In this document: positions 1-8,915 of the stretch, piece after piece
Position numbering within the stretch: position 1 is the first letter of the stretch
Layout of the letters: the number at the start of each line of letters is the position of its first letter
Assembly (NCBI GenBank): GCA_963835575.1
Contig: CAWIGG010000002.1
Span: 832,001-896,000 of the forward strand
Origin: an uncultured Spirochaetota bacterium
Lineage (GTDB): Bacteria > Spirochaetota > Brevinematia > Brevinematales > JAOACQ01
Direction: 5' to 3'
Length of the DNA: 64,000 nucleotides
Notes under the pieces: model-generated
Told to the model about the DNA's origin: nothing
What the model saw: only the letters and a program-made list of their open reading frames with translations
The model's database searches: none
Made by a program: the position numbers and the translations under genes

Positions 1-21
1 ATTTTGTACTGCGGGGCGGGC

Positions 22-1473
22 ATGGTTGAAATTTGCGAAGCGAAGAACGGATCACCGACGGTCGTAAAGGACGGTATATTTTTACTCAGCCGATATGACC
101 CTGTCCGTGAAGTCGAGCGGTTTATTGAAAAATCGGCCATAGACAGGGATAATCATTTTATTATTTTCGGAAGCGCGCTGGGCTATATGGTAAATGCTTT
201 AACCGGTAAAGGTATTGATAAGGACAATATAATCGTTCATGAACCGGACCCTGTGCTGCGTGATTATTTTGTAAAGAAATTCCCGGATATAACACTGCTG
301 GACGGCGGTATATTTATTTCCGGTTATCTGGAAAAAAAACTCCTGGGGCAGAAAAAACCCTGCCTGCTCAGCCTGGAGTCTTTCCGCAAAGCGTTTCATG
401 AAGATTATGAACATTTTACTCAGGCGGTAAGAAATTCCCTTCAAGTCGCTGTGGAAAACATCAAAGTCTCATCCTATTTTTCCAAAGTCTGGTTTATGAA
501 TTTTATGAGAAACCTTTTTATAACAAAGTCAAAAAGAGACGCTTTTATTCTTAAAAAGCCGGTTAAAAAAACGGATATGACTGTTTTAGTTGCGGCCTCC
601 GGCCCTTCATTAAATGAAAGCATTGCGGAGATCGGAAAATATCAGGGCCGGATGATCATCATTTCCGTTTTGTCCGCGGCCCATTCTCTATTAAATGCGG
701 GAATTAAACCGGATTTTATCGTTATGAGCGACGCCGGCGTCTTTAATAAAATGCATGGCTTCGGTATTCCCGAGGACATACCTGTATTCAGCGGTGTTTA
801 TGGCAGCAGTTCCTTATTATCGTCTATAAAAAACCCTGTTATTTTTTATGATCTGCAGGATGAAATAGATGAGCCGGGCTTTGAGTTAAAAAACCCGTCT
901 GTTACAATTGACGCCGGACGGCTCGCTAATCTTTTGTCGGAAAAAAAAGTGATTTTCGCGGGCTTTGACCTGGCGTATTCACTGAGCGGAGGCAGCCATT
1001 GCGCCGGCAATGCTTTTTATGAGAGAAAGAAAAGCGCGGTCAGCCGGTTTGATACTTTTGATGCTTATTCAACATCCTTTTTAAAAAGAAAGGATCTGAC
1101 CGCTTTAAATGAGAAAGGCCTTTATACGCAAAGCCAGTTTTTACTGGTAAAAAACCTTGCAGAGAAATATTTCAAGGGCAATAAATATATAGGCCGGGGC
1201 GTCGAGTTCAGTTCGCTTATAAAATTAAAGGATTTCAGCCTGACGGATTTCGGCAAAAGCAGGAAAGCTGATGCAATAAACGCGGTCAAATTAAACTTTA
1301 TGAGGGAAGACGGGGTTTTGAATAAAATTGACGGAAAAATGAATGATATCAAATCGGAATTAAAATCAAAAAATAAAGGCTTTTACTCGCGCATTTTTGT
1401 CAGGGAGATTGTTTCGTCAATGCCGGTTGACGGAATAATCCGTTATTATGAAAATAAAATCTCAAATTTCTAA
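22..1473 (+). CDS. Motility-associated factor (Maf)/DUF115 (MptE-like) family protein, possible flagellin glycosyltransferase
   Basis: Family-typical motifs LSRYDPVREVERF and VAASGPSL...GIKPDFIVMSD...IFAGFDLAY...HC; ATG at 22 preferred over TTG at 4. Confidence 0.7.
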   Translation: MVEICEAKNGSPTVVKDGIFLLSRYDPVREVERFIEKSAIDRDNHFIIFGSALGYMVNALTGKGIDKDNIIVHEPDPVLRDYFVKKFPDITLLDGGIFISGYLEKKLLGQKKPCLLSLESFRKAFHEDYEHFTQAVRNSLQVAVENIKVSSYFSKVWFMNFMRNLFITKSKRDAFILKKPVKKTDMTVLVAASGPSLNESIAEIGKYQGRMIIISVLSAAHSLLNAGIKPDFIVMSDAGVFNKMHGFGIPEDIPVFSGVYGSSSLLSSIKNPVIFYDLQDEIDEPGFELKNPSVTIDAGRLANLLSEKKVIFAGFDLAYSLSGGSHCAGNAFYERKKSAVSRFDTFDAYSTSFLKRKDLTALNEKGLYTQSQFLLVKNLAEKYFKGNKYIGRGVEFSSLIKLKDFSLTDFGKSRKADAINAVKLNFMREDGVLNKIDGKMNDIKSELKSKNKGFYSRIFVREIVSSMPVDGIIRYYENKISNF

Positions 1474-1494
1474 TTATAAAGTCCCTGTTAAATA

Positions 1495-2610
1495 TTACCA
1501 GATTTTATCGACAGCGGCGCCTCTGTAAAAAAAGGCGAGGATATTTTTATATTCGAAGCCCTGTTTTGCCATGCCGAGCGCGTCCCATTGCCCCATACCG
1601 ACGCCATGGCCGTAGCCGACACCGCTTACAAAAAGATCATCATTAGTGATCTTGATATTCGCCCTTGTGCTCTTCATCTGCGTGGAGCCGATCAGTTCCC
1701 GTAAATCTTTTCCCTGCAAAAGCGTTTTTTTCCCGGAACTGTCTGTAAATTCAACATTCTTTATTCTTTTTGACAAACTTCTTTCAGTCACATTAACAGC
1801 GGCGATCTTATCAGGCATTTTAAGAAGGTAAGCCATTCTTTTCAAAGGAATTGTCACTTCCCATTTATTATCCTTATAAATGGAGCTGTAAGGCGAGGCG
1901 ACAGACGTGAGATACGGCTTATTATCGCCGAAAACCTCGCTCGAGGATTCAGTCATTCCGCCGCTGGCGGAGTGAAAAAAAGACTGGATTATTTTGCCTT
2001 CATACCGGAGCACTTCGCCCATGGTGGAATCAACGGCCAGCGAAGTAAATCTGGATTCCTTTGCAGAGCCGTCATATACCTGAGAGCGGGTATCATTAAA
2101 GAGGTCGAAAATACGGCCGCTTTTCCGGGAGCTGACGACTTCGTAGAGGGCGAAGGTCCTTGATACAATGGCCTGCGCTTTCAGGACCTCCATATCCCAG
2201 TTCGGCGAGACTTCATTGGGGAGCACGCCCTTTATATAAGTCTCAATATCGATGGTATTGATCAGCATAAGGGAATTGTTGGTAAGAATGATTACAGCGC
2301 TTCCGCCGTATTTTTTCCCGTTAAATTCAAAACTTGAACCGGGAATGATTTCAATGGAATCAGCGCTGACAGCGGTATCATTGACTAACAGCTTACTTCC
2401 CGTGTAATTGATATAAACCGGGCCTTCCCCCATTTCTTTTCTTGAGTTAATCGAGAGGACATAATTCCTGCCGGGTTTTATCTGTATTTCCCTGCCTTGA
2501 TAAAGCAGTATTTTAACGATGGGCGAAGCATGGGCGACCGGCCTTTGATAATTGGAACAGCCGGTATATAATAATATAATAAAAACACAATACATTACCA
2601 ATACTTTCAT
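1495..2610 (-). CDS. SpoIID/LytB-domain lipoprotein (lytic transglycosylase)
   Basis: Motifs YIKGVLPNEV, LKAQAIVSRT, SQVYDG and GYGHGVGMGQWDA; lipobox LYTGC. Confidence 0.92.
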   Translation of the reverse strand: MKVLVMYCVFIILLYTGCSNYQRPVAHASPIVKILLYQGREIQIKPGRNYVLSINSRKEMGEGPVYINYTGSKLLVNDTAVSADSIEIIPGSSFEFNGKKYGGSAVIILTNNSLMLINTIDIETYIKGVLPNEVSPNWDMEVLKAQAIVSRTFALYEVVSSRKSGRIFDLFNDTRSQVYDGSAKESRFTSLAVDSTMGEVLRYEGKIIQSFFHSASGGMTESSSEVFGDNKPYLTSVASPYSSIYKDNKWEVTIPLKRMAYLLKMPDKIAAVNVTERSLSKRIKNVEFTDSSGKKTLLQGKDLRELIGSTQMKSTRANIKITNDDLFVSGVGYGHGVGMGQWDALGMAKQGFEYKNILAFFYRGAAVDKIW

Positions 2611-2663
2611 TTTGACCTCGATGAAATGTTATAATAATATTATCGGTAATGTTGAGAAAAACT

Positions 2664-3251
2664 CTATAAAACTGCGAGAATGAAAAATTCGATCTGTTTG
2701 CGGAGCTTTTCCTCGTCCGCGTTGTTAAAGATGATGTAGTCGATATCCTGTTTATGGCGGTTGAAGTCATCCTGGATCTTCAGGACTTTCAGGATTTTTT
2801 CCTCGGGCCAGTTCCTGTATTTTTTTATACGCTCCACCAGTTTGTCCGCTGGCGCTTCCACAGCCAGTATATAATCGCAGATTTCGTCCAGCTTGATCTC
2901 AAATAAAAGGGCGGCGTCCAATGCTATAAGCTTGGTATTAATATCGTTGATCATCCTGATGATTTTCTTTTTCATTTCAGGATGAAGGAGCGAATTAAGC
3001 TGTTTAAGCTTATCGGGATCGGAAAAAACCAGATTGCCGAGGAGGGCCCTGTCGATTTTATTTTTATCGTTAATGATGTCTTTACCGAATTCCTCTATAA
3101 TCTTTGGTTTCAGTTCTTCCAGGACAGCATGCCCGACCTTATCTGCGTCGATCATGGAAAAACCGTAATCGTCGCAGAGGACCTTCGCGACAGTTGATTT
3201 GCCTGAGCCGATTTTCCCGGCGATGCCGATAAGAAAATGCTTTTTTGCCAT
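2664..3251 (-). CDS. coaE: Dephospho-CoA kinase
   Basis: P-loop GIAGKIGSGKST, IDADKVGH, IDRALLG..VF, DAALLFE. Confidence 0.95.
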   Translation of the reverse strand: MAKKHFLIGIAGKIGSGKSTVAKVLCDDYGFSMIDADKVGHAVLEELKPKIIEEFGKDIINDKNKIDRALLGNLVFSDPDKLKQLNSLLHPEMKKKIIRMINDINTKLIALDAALLFEIKLDEICDYILAVEAPADKLVERIKKYRNWPEEKILKVLKIQDDFNRHKQDIDYIIFNNADEEKLRKQIEFFILAVL

Positions 3252-3329
3252 ACGCCCTTCAAATTATTTATTTATCCCTTTCTATCCGCCATTAAAAATA
3301 GAATAAAGGAAAGACTCATTTTTAATATT

Positions 3330-3659
3330 TTACCGGCAGAATTCCTTCCGGATAATTTTTTCTATCTGCTTGAAATTTCTATTTTCATAAAGGAGTCCCA
3401 ATATTCTCCGGGAGACATCCCTTCTATGGATAAAATTACAAGCGCTGCAGTCCCATATTTTTATATTATCTTTATTTTTAATCCATTTTCCCGTGCCGGT
3501 CCTGTTCCGGCATGGATAAAACGGGCAATAGCAGAAAAAGCAGTCCAGGATGCCGTCATCGGGAAGCTTATGGCAGGGATAATAACGGCAGTCTTTAAAA
3601 GTAAAATGGGTCTGCGCGAATTGGATTTGCTTTCTTAAAGATTCCAGCGTCTTATCCAA
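3330..3659 (-). CDS. Cysteine-rich small domain protein
   Basis: CRYYPCH...CFFCYCPFYPC...WDCSAC..H pattern. Confidence 0.8.
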   Translation of the reverse strand: MDKTLESLRKQIQFAQTHFTFKDCRYYPCHKLPDDGILDCFFCYCPFYPCRNRTGTGKWIKNKDNIKIWDCSACNFIHRRDVSRRILGLLYENRNFKQIEKIIRKEFCR

Positions 3660-3825
3660 TATTGTATTCCTTAATCTTATATATTATAATATATTAATGA
3701 ATTTTACAGAATAAAACAAGTTACAGACAGGAGCGTTTTTTTTGCAGAATTGAAGAAAATGATCGTAAAATAAGTATTATATATAACAGAATATTATTAT
3801 TAATAATTATAAAAAAGGGGTATTT

Positions 3826-4812
3826 ATGAAAAAATTCCTATTATGTTTTTGTTTGTCGCTTCTGATCAATACCTGCTTCGGTTTTCTGTCCATTTCAATC
3901 AAACCTTCGGCGGATTTCTACAACGACGGGATCGGCTATAACGCCGGGCTGTCCGTTGAGGCCGATTTAAACGCGCTGTTTTCATCAATGCCGAAGGGTC
4001 TGTACATCAGCGGGGATTTTTTATTCGCTGGAGCTTATTACAATAATAATTCCTTTGTCAATAAAGTATTCGCGGGAGAGGCGGGTTACCATGTCCCTTT
4101 ATGGGGCGGAAAGATCATCCTGACGCCTTCAGTCATCATAGGCGGGGGCCTGATATCATTTTACGGGCCGACAAACGCGCCAGGGGATAGATGGGGATTG
4201 TACGCCATGCCCGGGTTGAGCGTTCAGACACCGCTGGGAAAATATATCAGTATCGGGATTTATGGCGGATATTCCTATTTTGCCTATGATCTGTACAAAT
4301 TATACGGAATTAACACGGGCGCCGTTTTGAATATCAGCCTGCCTCTCTTTGAGGATGAGGGCTCCGTTAAACCGGAAGATTCGGGCGGCAGTGAGATGCT
4401 CAGAAAGGACATTCAGTCCGTACTGAAGGCGGACACGGCGGCCGGAGAGGTTGTTACAAGGGAGGGCAATGAAGTCAGGATGAGCATGTCGGACATTCTT
4501 TTTGAACTGAACAGCGAAAGGATTAATAAAGATTCGGTCAAATCGATTGAGGCCGTTGCCGAAAAGGTAAAAACATACAAAAATATCAGAATCATTATTG
4601 AAGGCTATACGGACGATTCGGGAAACGCCGCCTATAACAAAGACCTTTCGGAAAAAAGGGCCAAAAATGTGGCGGATATCTTCATAAGGCTCGGGATACC
4701 GTTTGAAATGATTTCCTATCACGGCTTTGGAATGGAAAAACCCATAGCGCCGAATGACACTGAAGAGAACAGGGCTAAAAACCGCCGCGTTGTGATACGT
4801 TTTTTGATGTAA
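3826..4812 (+). CDS. OmpA-family outer membrane protein
   Basis: Signal peptide, N-terminal beta-strand region, C-terminal OmpA-like peptidoglycan-binding domain (IEGYTD, LSEKRA, NRRV). Confidence 0.9.
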   Translation: MKKFLLCFCLSLLINTCFGFLSISIKPSADFYNDGIGYNAGLSVEADLNALFSSMPKGLYISGDFLFAGAYYNNNSFVNKVFAGEAGYHVPLWGGKIILTPSVIIGGGLISFYGPTNAPGDRWGLYAMPGLSVQTPLGKYISIGIYGGYSYFAYDLYKLYGINTGAVLNISLPLFEDEGSVKPEDSGGSEMLRKDIQSVLKADTAAGEVVTREGNEVRMSMSDILFELNSERINKDSVKSIEAVAEKVKTYKNIRIIIEGYTDDSGNAAYNKDLSEKRAKNVADIFIRLGIPFEMISYHGFGMEKPIAPNDTEENRAKNRRVVIRFLM

Positions 4813-4915
4813 AAATAATTAACAGGAAGACGGAAAGCGATGCCCTGAATAAGTGAAGCGCATCGAAGGGGCGGGAAGGATTAATGGGAGAAGAATATGG
4901 GATTTGGCATATATA

Positions 4916-5013
4916 AGCGTAATTGCGGGGAGATGGTTATCTTCCCTGCCGGAAGTTACAGCCCGAAGCAATCTGTCGGGCCGCACTGGAGTAGCTTACA
5001 AACTGATGAGGGA
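4916..5013. repeat. Degenerate partial copy of the GTCATTGCGAG-type palindromic repeat plus half of the CCCTCACCA-type repeat
   Basis: aagcgtaattgcgggg...ttacagcccgaagcaatctgtcgg resembles 6753-6817; acaaactgatgaggga resembles 31291-31306. Confidence 0.55.
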
Positions 5014-5147
5014 GGATTTGGCGGATTAGCGCGGATATTTCATGAAGGTATTAACGGGAATCAGTGTGATTAATCGGATATAATAAAAAAAAGGAAATTT
5101 AAAGTTAGGAAAGATAATCTTAATTTTATGTAAGATAGGAGAGATAT

Positions 5148-6668
5148 ATGAGAAAAATTATATTACTATCAGCTTTTATTTTATCAGTCATTACTTCCTG
5201 CGCGTCGCTTAAGGACATGTGGCCCGGCCAGACAGAAGAAAAGGGCCAATCAAACACCGTTCGGCAGAACGGCATTGTAATGGAAATACTGGCCCCGACC
5301 AATCATCAGGTATTCGGTGCAGGCAGTGTGGCCGTGTCCGGGCTGACCTACTGCACAAACGGAAATGAAGTCAGCAATATCCTGCTTTCCGTTGACGGCG
5401 GACTTTATATATCGCAGGGGTCGAACCATGCCTGGAATACGAATATTGTGATTACCGACGGCGGCCATACCCTTGCCGCTTATGCTCTGGACAATACGGG
5501 CGCTTCCAGCATAACACAGCAGGCCGGCATAACGCTATTTCCGGCGCCTTCTAATTTGTCCGCTTCCGATGGAGTGGCTCACCAGGGATATGTGCTTGTC
5601 CAGTGGACAAACAGCTGGGGAGCGCAGTCTTATAATATTTACCGCTCTCTTTCCTCCGGTGGTCCCTATTCGCTGATCGGGAGCAGTCCTTCCAACGCTT
5701 ACTGCGACAGGTCTGTTTTTCCGCTGACAAACTATTATTATGAAGCCTCGGCTGTTTCCTCAACATACGGTGAGACATTAAAAAGCTTATCAGATGTGGG
5801 GTACAGGCTGATGTGGGAGTTTATTTTTGACGGCAAATGGGGAAGCAGCGGTACAGGAGATGGGCAGTTTAATACTCCTTATGGAATAGCCGTTTATGGC
5901 AATACAAATATTTTTGTGACAGATTTTAATAATAACAGAATACAAAAATTCAACACAAACGGTGATTTTATATTGAAATGGGGTTCTTCTGGGTCTGGTC
6001 TTGGTCAATTTCGAAATCCTCATAGTATAGCTATCAATGAAAATATATACATAACTGAAACCATGGGCTTTAGAATACAAAAATTTGATTTGAATACGAA
6101 CTTTATTACTAACTGGGGACAGGGTGGAAAAGGCAATGGACAATTTAATTGGCCTTGTGGTATAGTAAATGATTCATCAGGATATTTATATGTAGTTGAT
6201 GAAGGTAATTCCAGGATACAGAAATTTGATACAAATGGGAATTTTATATTAAGCTGGGGAACCAATGGATCAGGGGACGGCCAATTTAGTAATCCAATTG
6301 GAATTGGTATTGATTTCAATAATAATATATATGCGGTTGATGTGTTGAATAATCGGGTTCAAGTTTTTGACACGAATGGAAATTTTCTCAGGAAATGGGG
6401 AAGTCTCGGTACAAGTAACGGCCAATTTAATTCACCGCATAGCGTTAAAGTGGATTCGGAAGGTATTGTTTATGTTTCTGATTTAAGCAATAGAATCCAG
6501 GTCTTTGATTTGTATGGTAATTATTATACATCCTTCGGGACTAACGGCAGCGGCGACGGGCAATTTAATGAGCCCCGCGGCATAACTATTATTTCATCTG
6601 CATATAATTATTATATTTTTGTGGTTGATTCAATGAACAACCGTATCCAGCGCTTCCGGAGGGAATAA
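5148..6668 (+). CDS. Lipoprotein with Ig/Fn3-like domains and a six-bladed NHL beta-propeller
   Basis: Lipobox ITSC; Fn3-like PAPSNLSAS...W...YNIYRS; six repeats of G.G.GQF..P.GI....D..N.RIQ.F. Confidence 0.9.
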   Translation: MRKIILLSAFILSVITSCASLKDMWPGQTEEKGQSNTVRQNGIVMEILAPTNHQVFGAGSVAVSGLTYCTNGNEVSNILLSVDGGLYISQGSNHAWNTNIVITDGGHTLAAYALDNTGASSITQQAGITLFPAPSNLSASDGVAHQGYVLVQWTNSWGAQSYNIYRSLSSGGPYSLIGSSPSNAYCDRSVFPLTNYYYEASAVSSTYGETLKSLSDVGYRLMWEFIFDGKWGSSGTGDGQFNTPYGIAVYGNTNIFVTDFNNNRIQKFNTNGDFILKWGSSGSGLGQFRNPHSIAINENIYITETMGFRIQKFDLNTNFITNWGQGGKGNGQFNWPCGIVNDSSGYLYVVDEGNSRIQKFDTNGNFILSWGTNGSGDGQFSNPIGIGIDFNNNIYAVDVLNNRVQVFDTNGNFLRKWGSLGTSNGQFNSPHSVKVDSEGIVYVSDLSNRIQVFDLYGNYYTSFGTNGSGDGQFNEPRGITIISSAYNYYIFVVDSMNNRIQRFRRE

Positions 6669-6750
6669 ATTATAAAACCTTTCGAAAGTGCAAAAAAAAC
6701 TGTGCTGATATGAAGTGAATCCATACTTTGTATTGTTAGTGTTTAATACA

Positions 6751-6907
6751 AAAAGCGTCATTGAGAGCGGATTACCCGCTCCTTCGCCGCTGATTACAGC
6801 GCGAAGCAATCTGTCTGTACATTAAGCAATATCTATAAGCCGACAGATTGCTTCGGGCGAAGGCTTTCGGCAAAGCAGATGTCTGTCTCCTCGCAATGAC
6901 GGCTTTT
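6751..6907. repeat. REP-like palindromic element (GTCATTG.GAG ... CTCGCAATGAC)
   Basis: Terminal inverted repeat aaaagcgtcattgagag / ctcgcaatgacggctttt; internal arm cgaagcaatctgtc / gacagattgcttcg; homologous copy at 7950-8180. Confidence 0.85.
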
Positions 6908-7082
6908 ATAATTTATCGCATTTTTCAGTAAAACCGCAAAGCATATATGTCAAAAGCCTTTCGTTTATGCAAAACCGCCGTCATTCCGAGCATCTTGATA
7001 TCGGTATTTTAATTGAGGAGATACTTCAGGGGCAAATGTATGAGTGAGAGTCAGAATAGGAAATTGAACGCGATGATGATTT

Positions 7083-7466
7083 TTATAGACTTTTTAAAGT
7101 TATGTCTGTCTTTTTAAAGTCTTTGTCAAAACTTACAAGTGTTAGATTGTATTTTTTTGAAATAAAGTACTGGTAAGAATCATCAAAATCGATAGCGAAC
7201 TCTTTTTGTATATCAATTAAATGGAATATTTCTTCGGGTTTAACATAGAGTACATTTACATGCCCCAAAGTGATTACGTCATCTAAGAAATTCCTTAAAA
7301 CATCAAGCTTTTTTAAACGGCTTAAAATAACGCCGATGGAATAAAGCGAAAAGCCGCTTATTGATATCAATGAAGTATCGGTTTTAGTAAGAAATCTTGA
7401 AACCTTTAAACTTTTTTCCTGGTTCAGGAATAGTTCAATCCAGACGTTCGTGTCGACCAGATACAT
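7083..7466 (-). CDS. PIN-domain (VapC-like) toxin
   Basis: MYLVDTNVW start and DFDDSYQY...LVSFDKDF; start overlaps the antitoxin stop (TAATG). Confidence 0.88.
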   Translation of the reverse strand: MYLVDTNVWIELFLNQEKSLKVSRFLTKTDTSLISISGFSLYSIGVILSRLKKLDVLRNFLDDVITLGHVNVLYVKPEEIFHLIDIQKEFAIDFDDSYQYFISKKYNLTLVSFDKDFKKTDITLKSL

Positions 7467-7702
7467 TATTTTGACCACCAATCCATGGATTTTTTCTGCA
7501 GTTCTAACGAAGTAAATTTATTCTTATATTCCTCAAGGCCTCCCGCCCATTTTAAAGACAACCTCTTCGGTCCGGCATGGGTTTTATATTTCTTCTCAAT
7601 TATAAATTCGACAAAGTCAAATACCTCGTTTTTTAAATCATCAGGCAGACCGTCAATCATTTTTTTAATGTCTTTTACATTTGTTTTATTAACTAAGATC
7701 AT
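7466..7702 (-). CDS. DUF2281-like antitoxin
   Basis: LPDDLKNEVFDFVEF...LKWAGGL...TSLELQ; directly upstream of and coupled to the PIN gene. Confidence 0.82.
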   Translation of the reverse strand: MILVNKTNVKDIKKMIDGLPDDLKNEVFDFVEFIIEKKYKTHAGPKRLSLKWAGGLEEYKNKFTSLELQKKSMDWWSK

Positions 7703-7720
7703 AGCGCCCTCTTTATTATA

Positions 7721-7749
7721 ATTATATCCTGAAACGATTGATTAGTCAA
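7721..7749 (-). promoter_or_regulatory. Sigma70 promoter of the TA operon with a flanking inverted repeat (possible operator)
   Basis: TTGACT-17 bp-TATAAT on the minus strand; tatcct / aggata inverted repeat brackets the -35 and spacer. Confidence 0.75.
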
Positions 7750-7914
7750 AAGGATAATTATCTTATTTATACCCGGTTTTTATGGGTCATCCGTTTCCTG
7801 CATACCAGTTGAAGGGTCAGGGTAAACTCCTAATACGGAATCTTACGGATTATCGCGGAATTATTTTGTATAAAATCAAATACATAATCCTTTGTTACTT
7901 CAGCGGGGCCGGAA

Positions 7915-8216
7915 GTTTTACTGAAAAATGTGATAAATTCTAAAAGGTTGTCATTGCGAGCGGATTACTTGCTCCTTCGCCGCTGATTATAGTGTGAAGC
8001 AATGGTTCGTTCCTCACCATTTTGCAACTCTATTGGTACGGCTTAACAAAATGGTGAGGGATCACCACGGCGTCTGTCTGAACATTAAGCAGTCTCTATA
8101 TGCCGACAGCCCCCGATCTAATCGAGGGTTCGGGTGAAGGCTTTCGGCAAAGCAGATGTCTGTCTCCCCACAATTGACGGTTCTTTTCACCGAAATTCGC
8201 TTTTTTCAGAAAAACC
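7915..8216. repeat. Second REP-like element carrying nested palindromic insertions
   Basis: Colinear with 6757-6935 but with a 70 bp insert at 8004-8073 and a small hairpin cccccgatctaatcgaggg; outer inverted repeat gttttactgaaaaa / tttttcagaaaaac. Confidence 0.8.
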
Positions 8217-8915
8217 ACGAAGCAAACAAATCATAAGTGTTTAATTTATCAAAACCCTATTTCCCCTTTTATATATATAGTTATCTCAAAAATCTGAAAA
8301 TGTTTTTGATATTTTTGGAACTTGGGTATTATAATATAAATAGAAATTCAAAGGAAAAAGATGAAATTTAACTTTGGTTTGTCAAGTGGATAGTTCCGTT
8401 TGAAATTATCAAAATCAGGATAAACAAATGCGATTGATTATTATTTTAATTTCGATTTTTTTTATTGGTAGAATATGGGGACTTCAAAATGACACAAATA
8501 ACAACTTTATATCAAATAATACTGTCATAAACATAAATGATGAAACAAATTATCATTGGTATATAAAGTCTCCTACGCCTTTAGATTTAATAACATGGTT
8601 CGTACCTATTAATGGTGTCCTTGAGCCTATATATGAAGATGATTTTGAATATCGGTTAGATCTCAAAAATGCTATTGCTGGTGATTTAGCCATTTATAAG
8701 ATTGCTGGCGCATTTTCAGATTTATTGCTTACGAATCCCTATCCTGGCTATGAATGGGTGTATGAAATCAGTATTGGCTATCAAAGATATATTTGGGAAG
8801 GTCTTTATATTAATCTAAAGTTAAGCCCTGGATATATATCGTATTATAATAACAACAATAATTATCTTGCAAATGGTTTCCAATTATTTCTAATAAGTCA
8901 GATTGGCTATTGCTT

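Noticed and set aside
3237..3638. This and the many other short ORFs overlapping longer genes on the opposite strand or frame
   Set aside because: No recognisable motifs or RBS; they shadow well-supported CDSs
4900..8220. Integron attC array or CRISPR array
   Set aside because: The repeats lack attC core sites and are not short, regularly spaced identical repeats; no intI or cas genes
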